A stretch of DNA of 62,971 nt, counting the filler, from Octopus bimaculoides (taxonomy: Eukaryota): NCBI RefSeq assembly GCF_001194135.2. It is 8 parts of 5 records of this genome, joined end to end, with 100 filler letters (N's around TTAATTAATTAA, not from the genome) between each part and the next. Parts side by side here need not be neighbours in the genome. Positions count along the whole stretch, not along the records: positions 46,307 to 51,152 come from NC_069001.1; positions 51,253 to 56,169 come from NC_068982.1; positions 56,270 to 60,680 come from NC_068981.1; positions 60,781 to 62,971 come from NW_026331364.1; 4 more parts are not named here. One strand, given 5' to 3'. Below the pieces are notes generated by a model that worked only from the letters and a program-made list of their open reading frames with translations, made no database searches and was not told the DNA's origin. This document shows positions 50,095 through 62,971 of this stretch, piece by piece. The translations under genes were made by a program, and so were the position numbers. How positions within the stretch are numbered: the stretch's first letter is position 1; each line of letters begins with the position of its first letter.

Positions 50095-50395
50095 TGGATG
50101 ATTTGACTCGGGTTCGTACTTATTCCTGGCAGGACTTACGTGGGTAGCGGATTACCTTCTGTAACCTTAGATTTCCACTTTCAGTAGTCTTTCAAATATT
50201 TAAAAACCCTCCTGATAATCTTTCCTGTTCCTAAAAGGCAAACTTTCTGCAGAAGCTCTACAGGACATTCCATTCCAATCTCCTTCAACCATTTCTCTAT
50301 ATATCTTGATTTACAATTCCCAATGAACAAAGCATTACAGGAACAACATTTACAGTTTTCATCTTCGAAATTCTTGCAATTTCAAATTTTAAGGA
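50095..50395 (-). mobile_element. Second Dong/R4-type LINE family, 3' fragment
   Basis: LKFEIARISKMKTVNVVPVMLCSLG [frameshift] IEKWLKEIGMECPVELLQKVCLLGTGKIIRRV, short UTR, then an (AAC)n/(AAT)n tail. Confidence 0.8.
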
Positions 50396-50682
50396 ATTGT
50401 AGGGCAGAATCGTCAGTCTCAGAAAAAAGGCTTCGTAATAAATACTTCCGGCCATTTACGTTCTGAGTTCAGTTCCTGTCGAGATCAGTCTTGCTTTTAT
50501 CTGTCTGGGGTCGGTGCAATAAATACTTCTGGCTCTTTACGTTCTGAGTTCAATTTCCGCTGAGATCAGTCTTGCTTTATCTGTCTGGGGTTGGTGCAAT
50601 AAAGTACCAGTCAAGTACCGGAGGAAGGGGTGGTATCGACTGTTTACTCGCCCTTTAAAATTGTTAGTCCTTGAGCCCAAAT
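50395..50682 (+). mobile_element. SINE family B with an internal ~81-bp tandem duplication
   Basis: ATAAATACTTC.GGC...TTTACGTTCTGAGTTCA...GAGATCAGTCTTGCTT...GGTGCAATAAA occurs twice (about 50438 and 50519). Confidence 0.75.
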
Positions 50683-50684
50683 CA

Positions 50685-51152
50685 GAAGCAGCAACAACAA
50701 CAACAACGATAACGAGGGTAAGAAGGATTTTGACCGTAAGTCTGGGAGAGCAACAACATGAACGACAACAATAAATTCACAACATCAGCATCAACAACTG
50801 GAACAACAATAGCATTAGTACCATGGACACCAATAGCAACATCGAGAACATGAACAACAAGGTCGCCATCACCATCACCGCCAGGAAGAGCAACAAGACT
50901 GCCACCACCACCACCAATTCTACAAACAGCAGCACAACAAAAACGATGTAAATAAGAAACCCCACCATTACCAACAATACCATTCCCACCGACAACGTCG
51001 CCGCCACCACCACCACCACCACCACCATATCCGACATCGCCACCACTGTATTCACCACCATCAACACCACCCCCAACAACAACAACAGCACCATCACTAC
51101 CAAAAAGAACAGTAGCAAGGACAGCAAAAACAACCATGAACAACACCACCAC
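50685..51152. repeat. Degenerate (CAA/CAC/CAG)n low-complexity tract
   Basis: A/C-rich triplet array; gives G/V-rich minus-strand ORFs. Confidence 0.85.
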
Positions 51153-51252
51153 NNNNNNNNNNNNNNNNNNNNNNNNNNNNNNNNNNNNNNNNNNNNTTAA
51201 TTAATTAANNNNNNNNNNNNNNNNNNNNNNNNNNNNNNNNNNNNNNNNNNNN

Positions 51253-51292
<40 letters not shown>

Positions 51293-52428
51293 AGTACCGG
51301 GGTCAAATCATTTGACTAAAACTGCGGTGCCCAAGCATGGCCGCTGTTTAATGACTGAAACAAGTAAAAAATAAAAACAAAAGATACATATACAGATATG
51401 CATACACACACACACACACACATGTTCATACACACTTACATACATATATATATATAAATGCATGTATATAACATACTTCAAAATGTGTCTGCAGTCTCCC
51501 CTTGTGATGTATATAACCTAAATAAGTAAGCAAACAATAAAAATTGGCCGTATTACTTTTATATCTTGGAACTAATTCAACTGTGGGCTTATACACACCA
51601 GGGAAGCTACCGAGACCTATAAATGTAGTCATATCTAGTATGACACTTCAAAGTGACAAATAGACAAATAGACAGTCATGCAAGAAAAGTAAGGAATAAT
51701 CCGAAAGACAGATAAACGACCAGACGTACAGATACGCTAGATATATAGATAGATGAATAATTAGCTAGATAGAGAGAGAGAGTGAGAGATCGGTCGATAA
51801 ATAGACAGATAGATGGATAGATAAGCGAGCAGGCAGGCAGGCAGGTAGGGTGATAGATGACTTTCTTGGGCGCAGACGACAGCAATAGTAACAATAACAT
51901 CACGATGTCACTTAACAATATTAAGTGACCGTACTGTCCACGTCAACATCCATATTTTTTAACAAGTAGACTCGATCTAAAGTAAGCATCACTCAAGACA
52001 TTTTCTATTCTTTCAATCCTCTTTTCACTCCTCTTTCTTTCTTTCTTTTTCTCTCTCTCTCCCTCTCTCTTTCTTACGAACTTTCTGGAAGGTTAAACAA
52101 TAATCGCTAACGAAGATACAATCTTATTTTCTCCTTAGACAAGCAACAAATCTCTCAGATACCGCCCACTGCATCCACCAATTCATCCATCCAACAACGT
52201 CCATTTCAGTAGTGTTTTTTCACGCATAGCCAAGCTTCAATTAAACACTGTTTTTGATTTTATTATTTTTTTTCTACTCTTTAAATCCCATCAATTTCTC
52301 TCGTATTCATTCCTATTCTTTTAGTATAATAACATTAAAGTGTCCCTTTTAGAGCTAACCCATTCAAATACAATTTTTTTTTTTAGATAGACAGCAGAAG
52401 AATAAATTGAATATTTTATAGTTGTAAC

Positions 52429-52660
52429 TGTGGCTCTGTGGCTAGAAGATTGCTTCCCAGCCATATGGTTCTGGGTTCAGTCTTACTGCGCGGCACACTC
52501 GACAAATATTTTCTCCTATTGGCTGTGTGGTAAGAAGCTTGCTTTCCAACCACATAGTTCCGGGATCAGTCTCACTGCGTTGCACTTTGGGCAAGTGTCT
52601 TCTACTATAGCCTCGGGCCGATAAAAGCCTTGATAAACGGAAACTGAAAGAAGTATGTAG
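52429..52660 (+). mobile_element. Two tandem SINE family A 5' modules
   Basis: Heads at about 52429 and 52520, each with CCA.ATGGTTC.GGG.TCAGTC. Confidence 0.75.
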
Positions 52661-52715
52661 TATGTATATATATATATATATATATATTTATTATATGTGT
52701 GTGTGTGTGTATACA

Positions 52716-52750
<35 letters not shown>

Positions 52751-53065
52751 TAGAAGCTTAATTTAAGACTTGCTTTTAATCTATAAGCTGTAGATGAATC
52801 ACGTGAAACTCAGCAGCTGACAGTAAGTGTTTTCCGACTACTTTCGTCTTTCTTAAGATTCACCAAAGATCGCTAAGTCTGAACTTCCTAAGTAAAGAAG
52901 AATAGATATCCGTATATAGAGAAAAAATAATAAAAGTAACAAGCTTTTAGTGGTGTAAAGAAATTTACATAATAAAGCGAAAAAAATGGCGGGATAATAA
53001 TGGGATAATAATTTTGTTTCGTTTTTTTCTTCATTATTAGGCTACATTGGAATATATATACATAC

Positions 53066-53330
53066 AGGCGCAGGCGTGGTTCTGTTGTAAGTAGCTTGCT
53101 TCTCAGCCACATTGTTCCGGGTTTAGTTCTACTGCGTGTCACTTTGGGAGTGGATTTGTTAGACAGAAACTGAAAGAAGCCCCACGTGTATATAAATGTG
53201 TGTGTGTGCGTGTGTTTATCTTCTACCATTACTTGACAACCGATGTCTAAAGTGACCGATAGATTAAGTACTAGGCTTAAAAAATAGTCTTCGGGTCGGT
53301 TTGTTCAACTAAAATTTCAAAGTATGGCCG
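53066..53330 (+). mobile_element. SINE family A, degenerate with deletions
   Basis: AGGCGCAGGCGTGG head, GGATTTGTTAGACAGAAACTGAAAGAAGCCC, 3' module remnant. Confidence 0.8.
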
Positions 53331-53336
53331 CAATAT

Positions 53337-53532
53337 AAGGCGAGCTGGCAGAAACGTTAGCACGCCGGGCGAAATGCTTAGCGGTATTTCGTCTGTCTTT
53401 ACGTTCTGAGTTCAAATTCCGCCGAGGTCGACTTTGCCTTTCATCCTTTCGGGGTCGATAAATTAAGTACCAGTTGCGTACTGTGGTCGATCTAATCGAC
53501 TGGTCCTCTCACCTCAAAATTTCGGGCTTTGT
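53337..53532 (+). mobile_element. SINE family B, near-consensus young copy
   Basis: AAGGCGAGCTGGCAGAAACGTTAGCACGCCGGGCGAAATGCTTAGCGG...GTCGACTTTGCCTTTCATCCTTTCGGGGTCGATAAATTAAGTACCAG...TTTCGGGCTTTGTGC. Confidence 0.95.
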
Positions 53533-53594
53533 GCGATATGGCGAGAGATTACTGTATATATATATATGTATATATACATATACACATGCACACA

Positions 53595-53638
<44 letters not shown>

Positions 53639-54585
53639 CACTCACATACACATACTCACTCACTCACAAAGTGAAAATTACGATAAGCACGAGTTTATTT
53701 CATTAGTTTCTACGTTCATTTCAGCGCTGTAGCTGTGTGGAAATCTGCTTTGGATGCTCCGATGATAATCTACATGGAGCTCTAGATCCAACTGTTGCAT
53801 TTGGATATCTATTTGTACACATATGATGCACTATATGTACGAAAGTGCGCCTGTGTATAAATACCGAAATTATACGTGACCTTCTTCAAATTTCATGATT
53901 GAATAGTATAGTAATTGAATGGGTATGTGTAGAGTATCTTGCACGATCTGGCAATCGTTCTTGCTCAAATAGCACAGCTATCCCGTAAGGAAATGCAGGA
54001 CTAGAAAAAAATAAATACGTACAGACGAGAAAACTTCAACAAAATTTACAAGTAAAGGGAGACAAAAAGCTTCTTCTCTTTAATCCGTTAAATTAATAGT
54101 ATTTTTAATGTTGCAAGTTTACGCTTAAGAAAACAATGCCTACTTCACACACACACAGACACACACACACATATATGATTATTTGTGTATGAGTATTTCA
54201 TTGTGAGTTTGTCGAAGGAGGATGGTAGAATCAATAACACTTGTGACAGCTTCTTAAGAACAGATTAACTTTGATTTTTATCTACGCGATATCAGTCACA
54301 TTAGTATTTTACCAAAGAGTGGGGTCGATAAAATCAGCCAAAATCCTTGAATACAGTACCGCACTTTGTTCGTAGTCTACATGTATTTATTTATGATAGT
54401 TAGCGATACTTTTAATACAGTTAAAGTTAGTTTATTTTCTTACACGGATATGTGATTCTTTTTGGAATTTTACATACAGCTTTTAAAATAAAATCGAAAA
54501 TCATAAAAGAATACACACACACAAACAGGCGCACACACAAACACAAATACACACACACATATTTGTAATAAATCATAACTGAACT

Positions 54586-54796
54586 TTCTATCGCGGGTGA
54601 TACGCTCCCAAACTGCCCGTGATAGGGGAAAATCCGCGAAGTAGAAACAGTACTGTACTGTATATTTCTTTTATCATTTTTATAATTTGTATATATTTAT
54701 TTTATTATAAAATTCAAAACAATACCACGGAAGATTCAACGTAAGCTTAAATAATAAACCGCGATAGGTGAACCGCGATATGGCGAGAGGTTACTG
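54586..54796. mobile_element. Tigger/pogo-like MITE, left end lost
   Basis: Right end GATAGGTGAACCGCGATATGGCGAGAGGTTACTG|TA is the reverse complement of the 45952 left end; an isolated copy of the same end lies at 53533-53554. Confidence 0.7.
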
Positions 54797-55434
54797 TATA
54801 TATATGCAGTTGCTTTTATGTTAAACTATCGTATATCCAAATTTGCGTTTTTGTCAATATTTATTTTTGCTTGCAATGGCCGGTCCTTTTAGCCAAACTA
54901 TTCTATCTCCAGCTTCTTCAGATGCCAAGATACCAAAACTTGTTGAAATGCAGTACAACGGTTTTGATATGCAATGGTAAAACTACTTTTTCGTTTTCTG
55001 AAAAAGCAATGTTTTGGACTTACGACACTTTTGCATAATAGCAACGATATGTATATATAGCGAGAAATGTACACTAATTATATATATATATATTTGTGTG
55101 TGTGTGTTTTGACATAATTTTGTATATTTTAGAGTCCGTATGTATCTCAAGTACGCACATATGCATGCATAGTAAATCGTTTCGTGAGACTGATAAGTGA
55201 GGACGATATATAATGAATTGAATATACACTATTATAACGTAATCCTTGTGTTATCTAGTCTCTTTACTTTTTCTGTCTGTAGGAAAGACAATATATCGAA
55301 CGTATCCAGTTTAAGATTAGAAAAACTTATGAAACAGTGAAATATGAAAGAGAGAGAGGGGGGGGAGACAGAGGGAGAGAAAGATAGAGAAAGAAAGAGA
55401 AAGAGAGAGAGAGAGTGTGAGAGAGAGAGAGAGA

Positions 55435-55509
<75 letters not shown>

Positions 55510-55839
55510 CAGTGATATAACTTTTGAACATTCATGAGAATAGTTAGTAAATATCAGAATAACAAGTAAAATAAATTTAAGACTGTAAAAGATGTACAAG
55601 AAAAAAGCAAAATGAGAAACTAATGTCATTTATTCTTCTTGCTTTGCACAAACTGGATTTTTATTTCTTTCAAATCATAATTGTTTTTACAATATAGTTA
55701 CGAGAGCGGAAGCGATAAGGGAGTGAATCTACTTTTGCAGACGAATACAGGAAGTGGGAGAGGAGGTGTGTGTACTGAGTAAAAATGTTAAAAACTATTA
55801 GCAAAAGTATCATTTTTATTAAAATATAGGATCTTTTTT

Positions 55840-56169
55840 AAAACGGGGGCCACATTTTTCATTAACGAAACACTTTGAAACTTGGAACACTGGTAGAATG
55901 TGTCATATAAAACATCTTTTTCTCTTAGTCTTCTTTAAAAAAAAAGAAATCCCTAAGTTATTCCATGTTAAAGTTGTCGTATTTCTGTAATTTCAACCAA
56001 TCACTGACGTCCATTCAGCCGATATACATTAAGTGCCGACTACATAAACAAACGATTCTGAAACAATTCTATCGGTGATAGGGTTAGGATTAGGGTTAGG
56101 GTTAGGGTTAGGGTTAGGGTAAAACAGCAAATTTAAAAAGAAAAAAGCAAATAAAACGAAGAAAAAAAA
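55840..56169. mobile_element. Repeat element carrying interstitial (TTAGGG)n, cut by a gap
   Basis: About 7 GGGTTA units at about 56081-56120 embedded in non-repetitive sequence starting AAAACGGGGGCCAC; element class is inference. Confidence 0.5.
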
Positions 56170-57119
56170 NNNNNNNNNNNNNNNNNNNNNNNNNNNNNNN
56201 NNNNNNNNNNNNNTTAATTAATTAANNNNNNNNNNNNNNNNNNNNNNNNNNNNNNNNNNNNNNNNNNNNTATATATATATATATATCGTCATACACATAT
56301 CCTTCTTGAAGCACTAGACAGGCAATGTGGGTCTTTTTACCTTTCCGAAAACAGTTTTAAAGATAATCATTATTATTAACATTGTTGAATGACTGATAAC
56401 TGTATCTTTGCATTTGCTTATCTTTTTATCCTTAATTTGTTTCAGTCAATGAAATTGTGACTATACTGAGTTAGCCCCTTGCAGTGTTTTAATCGAACAC
56501 ATTTACGGGGACGTACACAAACCAACACTGGTTGTCAAGTGGTGATGGGGGACAAACTCAAATACACACACACCCATGTGTATATATGTATACACAGTTT
56601 CTGTGTACTGTACTCACTCCCATGGCATTGCTCGACCTTGGACTTTTGCAGATGATAGTAGACCAAGGTACCACACAATGGAGGTGAACCCAAAACTACG
56701 TGACTTTAAACCGAATTTCTTAACCCCACAACCATGCCTACAGCTTTGGTAATGTCTAAACCTAAACAACCAGACCATTCCAGACCGTTCTTTTTTAATT
56801 GCCATTATAACGAAGGAGAAAGAGTAGATCATATGATATTTTTGTAGAGATTCCGTCACTGTTATGGAAAATGAAGGAATGAAATTAAACTCATAGATTA
56901 TTTTCTGAGGAAAAATCTCTTCTATGTGTTTGTGTCATATTGAACTCTGCTAAAGACATCTAAGAGTGAAGCAATGATGTTAAACCGTGCTTTGGATTAG
57001 GATTAGGTATACCACACTGGGGCATTTACAATCCATTCGCAGCCTTCTGTCCACCCAAATTACAATTATATGGTTTGACTCACGGTGTTTGATTTACTGT
57101 GAGATCGAATCCTTAACTA

Positions 57120-57451
57120 TAGGGTGGTCTGAAAGTCTTGTCACTCCCTACTGCAAACACATGTAACTGGTTTTAGTATATTCACTTTCATTAACACTGA
57201 CAATATCACACATTGAAAATGTCTGTACGAACACCATCATTTTCGTGGCACAACATGATGCGGCGCATTGTCCTGCGCGACATTTTACGAAGTTGTTGGT
57301 GTTTATACAGACTTTCTCGATGTGTGACACTGTCAGTGTCAATGAAAGTGAATATACTAAAACCAGTTACATGTGTTTGATATTATTATATCGTTCCTCT
57401 ATTTTTCTTCTTACTTTTCGATAGGAGTAACAAGACTTTCGGACCACCCTA
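57120..57451. mobile_element. Tc1/mariner-type foldback MITE with TA target duplication
   Basis: TA|TAGGGTGGTCTGAAAGTCTTGTCACTCC ... GGAGTAACAAGACTTTCGGACCACCCTA|TA; inner inverted repeat 57157-57202 / 57331-57376 is 45/46 identical. Confidence 0.9.
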
Positions 57452-57453
57452 TA

Positions 57454-57558
57454 CATGATTGCGAAGAAAACGGTGAAGTTTATATCTATTGATACAAGCA
57501 TAACCGTGTAATAATGTCGGATAAAAACAATGATTTTTTTTTGTCTTACACCCTGATA
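57454..57558. mobile_element. Partial second mariner-type MITE end
   Basis: Ends TTTTTGTCTTACACCCTG-ATA (a CAGGGTG-type terminus); partner end not visible. Confidence 0.4.
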
Positions 57559-57576
57559 CATACATATACACCACAT

Positions 57577-57652
<76 letters not shown>

Positions 57653-57896
57653 ATATATATACATATATATTTATATATGTATATGTATANNNNNNNNNNN
57701 NNNNNNNNNNNNNNNNNNNNNNNNNNNNNNNNNNNNNNNNNNNNNNNNNNNNNNNNNNNNNNNNNNNNNNNNNNNNNNNNNNNNNNNNNNNNNNNNNNNN
57801 NNNNNNNNNNNNNNNNNNNNNNNNNNNNNNNNNNNNNNNNNNNNNNNNNNNNNNNNNNNNNNNNNNNNNNNNNNNNNNNNNNNNNNNNNNNNNNNN

Positions 57897-57953
<57 letters not shown>

Positions 57954-58728
57954 ATATATATACAATATACATATGTATATATGTGTATATGTACATGTAT
58001 ATAACGCGTTGCAAATAAGAGGTGATGCTCTTCTCCACTTGCATACTATTTCAGGGATTCGAACGTGGTAAATTAAGTGAAACAGTTACAATCGGGATTT
58101 GAAATCCAGTTACTGGCTTGGTTCACTGCTACTGTATGGTAAACGCCTATTGTAATAATATATATTCAGATGTCAACTTGGAAAGATAGACAAAGAAAAC
58201 AGAGAATGTGCAAGCAAATAATAAGTTAACCTTTGCAGTAAAAGTGAAATGAAATGCAGCATTTATTTTGCTCCAGCTGCTAAATGAACACATCCAAGAA
58301 TCTATAACATTACCTTCAATTTTACTCACACTCCTTACACATATTACATCAGCATATAGACGCATTTATCTATCTATACAAAATACCTTTACTTTTATTT
58401 CGTTTGCTTATTTATTTTGTGTATGTTTACTTCGTTTGTATTGTGTATTTTTAAATGTGTGCGTACAAGAGTGTGTATGTATATGCATGTGTACATTATG
58501 TTTGTTTGCTGTGTGTAAATATCGCATGTATATATTTTATGTATACATATATTGTGTATGTCTTATTTGAATCTGAATTATATTATATGCATAAACCTAT
58601 TGTATCATTGTATCTATAGAATGTATTGTAAATACGAGTGTTGATAAGCGTATGTATAATGTTTGTGTAGTATATAATGTCTATATTATTTTATGTACAT
58701 TATATATATATATATAATGTATATATAT

Positions 58729-58769
<41 letters not shown>

Positions 58770-59209
58770 NNNNNNNNNNNNNNNNNNNNNNNNNNNNNNN
58801 NNNNNNNNNNNNNNNNNNNNNNNNNNNNNNNNNNNNNNNNNNNNNNNNNNNNNNNNNNNNNNNNNNNNNNNNNNNNNNNNNNNNNNNNNNNNNNNNNNNN
58901 NNNNNNNNNNNNNNNNNNNNNNNNNNNNNNNNNNNNNNNNNNNNNNNNNNNNNNNNNNNNNNNNNNNNNNNNNNNNNNNNNNNNNNNNNNNNNNNNNNNN
59001 NNNNNNNNNNNNNNNNNNNNNNNNNNNNNNNNNNNNNNNNNNNNNNNNNNNNNNNNNNNNNNNNNNNNNNNNNNNNNNNNNNNNNNNNNNNNNNNNNNNN
59101 NNNNNNNNNNNNNNNNNNNNNNNNNNNNNNNNNNNNNTATATATGTGTTTGTATATGCGTGTATGTAAGCGTGTATGTATGTATGTATGTATGTATGTAT
59201 GTATGTGTG

Positions 59210-59241
<32 letters not shown>

Positions 59242-59379
59242 TGCATGTATGTGCATCTATATATCGATTTGTGTAAGATGCTAAGTAGACATGCGGTGGT
59301 AAAAGTTTCTGAATGGACTCATACACCCACACCGACACCGCACTCACATCAATCTATATAATAATGTCTTCAGTGGTAT

Positions 59380-59750
59380 TTTCAGTTGGTTTGTAAAAGT
59401 CATGTTTAATTAAATACTTCAGATCTTCCTGTCAATAAACTCTATATTTTCTGAAGATGTGTCTGAGATTTAGTGCATTGCCCAATCACTTCGTATTGAC
59501 GTGGTTCGTCTGGAAATGTAATAAAACCGTATTTTATCAACGGCTACCATTCTGATAAACTGCTTACAAATACCACCAAATTGATGCATGCACATCATAT
59601 AACACATTGCTTTTGTTGCATAGAGAAGTTGCTGCTTAATCTTCTCCTCGTTGAAGTCGACTGCTACTATATATTTACCTCTTCTAATGTTTTCTTGCAT
59701 CACGATATAAACACCTAGGAGATGTTATTTTACAAGATCTGGATAACTAG
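59380..59750 (-). pseudogene. Degenerate mariner transposase N-terminal remnant
   Basis: RRTTSIRSD (GRTSIED-like) followed by DTSSENIEFIDRKI (T.ENI..V...I-like) in the expected order; heavily frameshifted. Confidence 0.45.
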
Positions 59751-60607
59751 CTTCATTGAAAGTTATTTGTATATGAGCGTGCTACCCCCTTCGTTTCCAA
59801 GTTGAATTCATAATCAAAACGGCAACATGGCCGCTTCTAGCGCGCAAATGTCACATAGTAGCTAACATGCTCCGTATTTTATCCACTCAATGTGTTCTTT
59901 AACGAGCTGCTCTCCAACCAGGCTGTATTTTTACACCAATGCACATCATTTGTAAAGATGTCGTTTCGACATTCTCAACAATGAAATTTTGTTGTTTTTC
60001 AATGAGATTTTTGTCATTCATTTGTTTACGATTATCAGTGATGAAATCTATCTGTACTCAAACAAGTTTTGGGGCTACAATCAGAGAACACCGTTCGAAA
60101 CACGCCACATGTCATTCGTATTGGGTCATGAATCTTTTGATATGCATCAAACATCCTCTGTACGAATTGGTAGCTTAGTGGGTAGCTTAAATTTGAAGAA
60201 TGACGTTGTCAAGATACGAATACAAAATTCTCACATAATAATGCGAATAGTATTATACTTTAAAGTTTTCAAATGAGTGGGAGAAATCATTATAGGTGTT
60301 TTGTATAAAATTCAAATAATTCTTTCCAAAAGAAGTCGGTTGCAGAAATCCATATACATAGATTTCTTTCATTTTCTTTCTTTTTTTTACTGAGAAGTTG
60401 TTATGTGGCAGTTCTCATAATGTATTCCCAAAAATAGATATAAGGCTGTATTTTTGCCCAATGAATTTTAATCCTTACAGCTACAATTTTTGCGGTATTC
60501 CAGGTATCTAATCAAAAGTATAAAAGGTTACATCTATTAGCCAATGTAAACCTCTCTCTCTCTCTCTTTCTCTCTCTTTCTTTCTCTCCCATATGTAGGT
60601 GCGTGTA

Positions 60608-60680
<73 letters not shown>

Positions 60681-62971
60681 NNNNNNNNNNNNNNNNNNNN
60701 NNNNNNNNNNNNNNNNNNNNNNNNTTAATTAATTAANNNNNNNNNNNNNNNNNNNNNNNNNNNNNNNNNNNNNNNNNNNNATAATAATCTCAGGGGTGAA
60801 CTTATGGATTATTTAGACATTGGACAAGATGCCTTGTAGCATTTAATCTCTTTTTCTTTGGTGTTCTGAGTTCAAATCCCGCTGTGGCCTACCCGTGTAG
60901 TAAACTTAATCCAACCCCTATTCTAACACTACCACTTGGNNNNNNNNNNGTAGTAAACTTAATCCAACCCCTATTCTAACACTACCACTTGGGCCTTGGG
61001 GGCCCCCTTTAGCAGAGGGTTTCTCTGTTGTATGCATTCATGTTAGGTATTCTGTGTTGAGGACATCTTNNNNNNNNNNTGTTAGGTATTCTGTGTTGAG
61101 GACATCTTCCACCCACCCATCATTCAGAGTCCCTTAAAAAAAAGTTGGTTAAAAGGTAGGGCCCTTCTCACCCCCTCTAAGTGTATAAAATAATGNNNNN
61201 NNNNNGGTTAAAAGGTAGGGCCCTTCTCACCCCCTCTAAGTGTATAAAATAATGAAGATGAGAAAAAAAACAACCGATTAATTTTACAGGCATAAAATAG
61301 ATTTACAAACTTTAAATTTCACTTTAGAAATCCGCTGTAAACTACCTAAAATAATTTATTATCAGATGAATATTTTCATCCCTTTAGTTTCCATTAAAGN
61401 NNNNNNNNNNNNNNNNNNNNNNNNNNNNNNNNNNNNNNNNNNNATGAATATTTTCATCCCTTTAGTTTCCATTAAAGAGTTTTTACATAGTTACAACCAA
61501 ACTATGTTTTATATTCCGGAAATGTAAATAAAAAATTCTACTTGTAACACTGTAAAATGTTTTCTCACTTCCTAATCTATAAAATACTGTCTGAACACAA
61601 AACGAATTCCAATATAAAAGTATATTTACGTTTGAAATAGTTATAATGAATGTTTTTTTATAATGTAAACGCGTTAGCAAATTGTGTGTTAATTATAATA
61701 AATATCACAGTAATACTTACCAGAGTTATAATTAGGTTTCAATCTCAGTCTGAAGTTTTTCTGTCTCAGGAGAGAGTCCTGTCTTGCAAATTCAGTTCTG
61801 AGAAATACAAAAGCTTCTGTGAAGTTTATTACATACTATACAGGTGTGGCGACTATCTCCTCATGTATGTGTGTGTTTATGCTGTAGTGTGTATATANNN
61901 NNNNNNNNNNNNNNNNNNNNNNNNNNNNNNNNNNNNNNNNNNNNNNNNNNNNNNNNNNNNNNNNNNNNNNNNNNNNNNNNNNNNNNNNNNNNNNNNNNNN
62001 NNNNNNNNNNNNNNNNNNNNNNNNNNNNNNNNNNNNNNNNNNNNNNNNNNNNNNNNNNNNNNNNNNNNNNNNNNNNNNNNNNNNNNNNNNNNNNNNNNNN
62101 NNNNNNNNNNNNNNNNNNNNNNNNNNNNNNNNNNNNNNNNNNNNNNNNNNNNNNNNTATATATATATGTGTGTGTGTGAGTCGTTTACATAAGGAAACTA
62201 ATTTCCTGAACCACCTCCCAATTACTCAGACTTTCTTTCTTTCTCTCTCACCTGACGTCATCCCACCCCCACCCTTTTACTTGACCTCTTTCTCGATAAA
62301 CAACATTCAACGCTTCTAAAGAATGCTTTTTGGGGCGTTTTGTTTCTTTCCACATACACATAGGACAATCTGTCGAATGGTCGAGTTGTTGGTGTGTTTA
62401 TGTCCCCCGTCACTTAGCGGTTCGGCAANNNNNNNNNNNNNNNNNNNNNNNNNNNNNNNNNNNNNNNNNNNNNNNNNNNNNNNNNNNNNNNNNNNNNNNN
62501 NNNNNNNNNNNNNNNNNNNNNNNNNNNNNNNNNNNNNNNNNNNNNNNAAGAGTATATATACATATAGAATCGTTTTATGTTCCATATATATATATATTTG
62601 TTTGTGTATGATTCTGTGTGTGTTTGTCGGTCTCTGTGAGATTAAAAACAAAAAAAGTGAAAAATTTCTGCAAGCCCTGGGTGATATTGAACCCTGCCCA
62701 GGATGTTATTGGTACCTGCATATGCCTTTACCCACAAGACCACCGAAACACAAACGGAAACGTATTTAAAAAATGACATATTTNNNNNNNNNNCAAGACC
62801 ACCGAAACACAAACGGAAACGTATTTAAAAAATGACATATTTAAACCTATCTTAGCTGAAGATCAATATAACGGGTCGCCAACTTAAATTAATAAAACTG
62901 TGTGTTTACCTATGTGTATCATTGCTGTGTGTGTGTCTGTGTTTGTTTATATCTTTTTCCCCTGTCTTTCT

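Noticed and set aside
50682-51152. Gly-rich 156-aa ORF resembling a structural protein
   Set aside because: It is the reverse translation of a degenerate CAA/CAC array
56081-56120. (TTAGGG)n as a true telomere or chromosome-fusion scar
   Set aside because: Only about 7 units, flanked by ordinary sequence on both sides; a similar tract at 27018 is inside an inverted-repeat element
60898-61480. Direct repeats of 29-50 bp resembling a repeat-spacer or CRISPR-like array (also 62735-62843)
   Set aside because: Each pair is a different sequence duplicated exactly on both sides of a short N gap, the signature of unmerged overlapping contig ends
62253-62260. Perfect CRE palindrome TGACGTCA
   Set aside because: A single 8-mer with no supported gene start nearby is within chance expectation
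62640-62769. CPGC...LPTRPPKHKRKRI as a GIY-YIG fragment, and CTGAAGA at about 62855 as a hammerhead
   Set aside because: No YIG motif and no GAAA half; similarity too weak to call

Overview
AT-rich, gap-riddled eukaryotic non-coding DNA (roughly 10 kb of Ns). It is dominated by microsatellites and transposon debris. The SINE families, TTAGGG-bearing MITEs and gap style point to a coleoid cephalopod, most likely an Octopus draft assembly (inference from recognised repeat families). I found no host protein-coding gene that I can support, only a few weak splice-signal candidates. Nearly all ORF-track entries are microsatellite or N-run artefacts. Recognisable content: (1) a long L1/Tx1-like LINE on the minus strand (about 29865-32216), with a decayed ~660-codon ORF1 (CCHC knuckle) and the start of an APE-type ORF2 cut by a gap; (2) Dong/R4-type LINE 3' fragments, some stacked in TAA arrays; (3) a Penelope RT remnant and Penelope-type terminal fragments carrying minimal hammerhead-like motifs; (4) mariner transposase remnants and several MITEs; (5) at least four tRNA-derived SINE families in more than 35 copies; (6) a 24-bp palindrome-containing minisatellite. 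No CRISPR array, rRNA or bona fide tRNA. All translations and alignments were done by eye, and element boundaries are approximate unless an exact motif is quoted.
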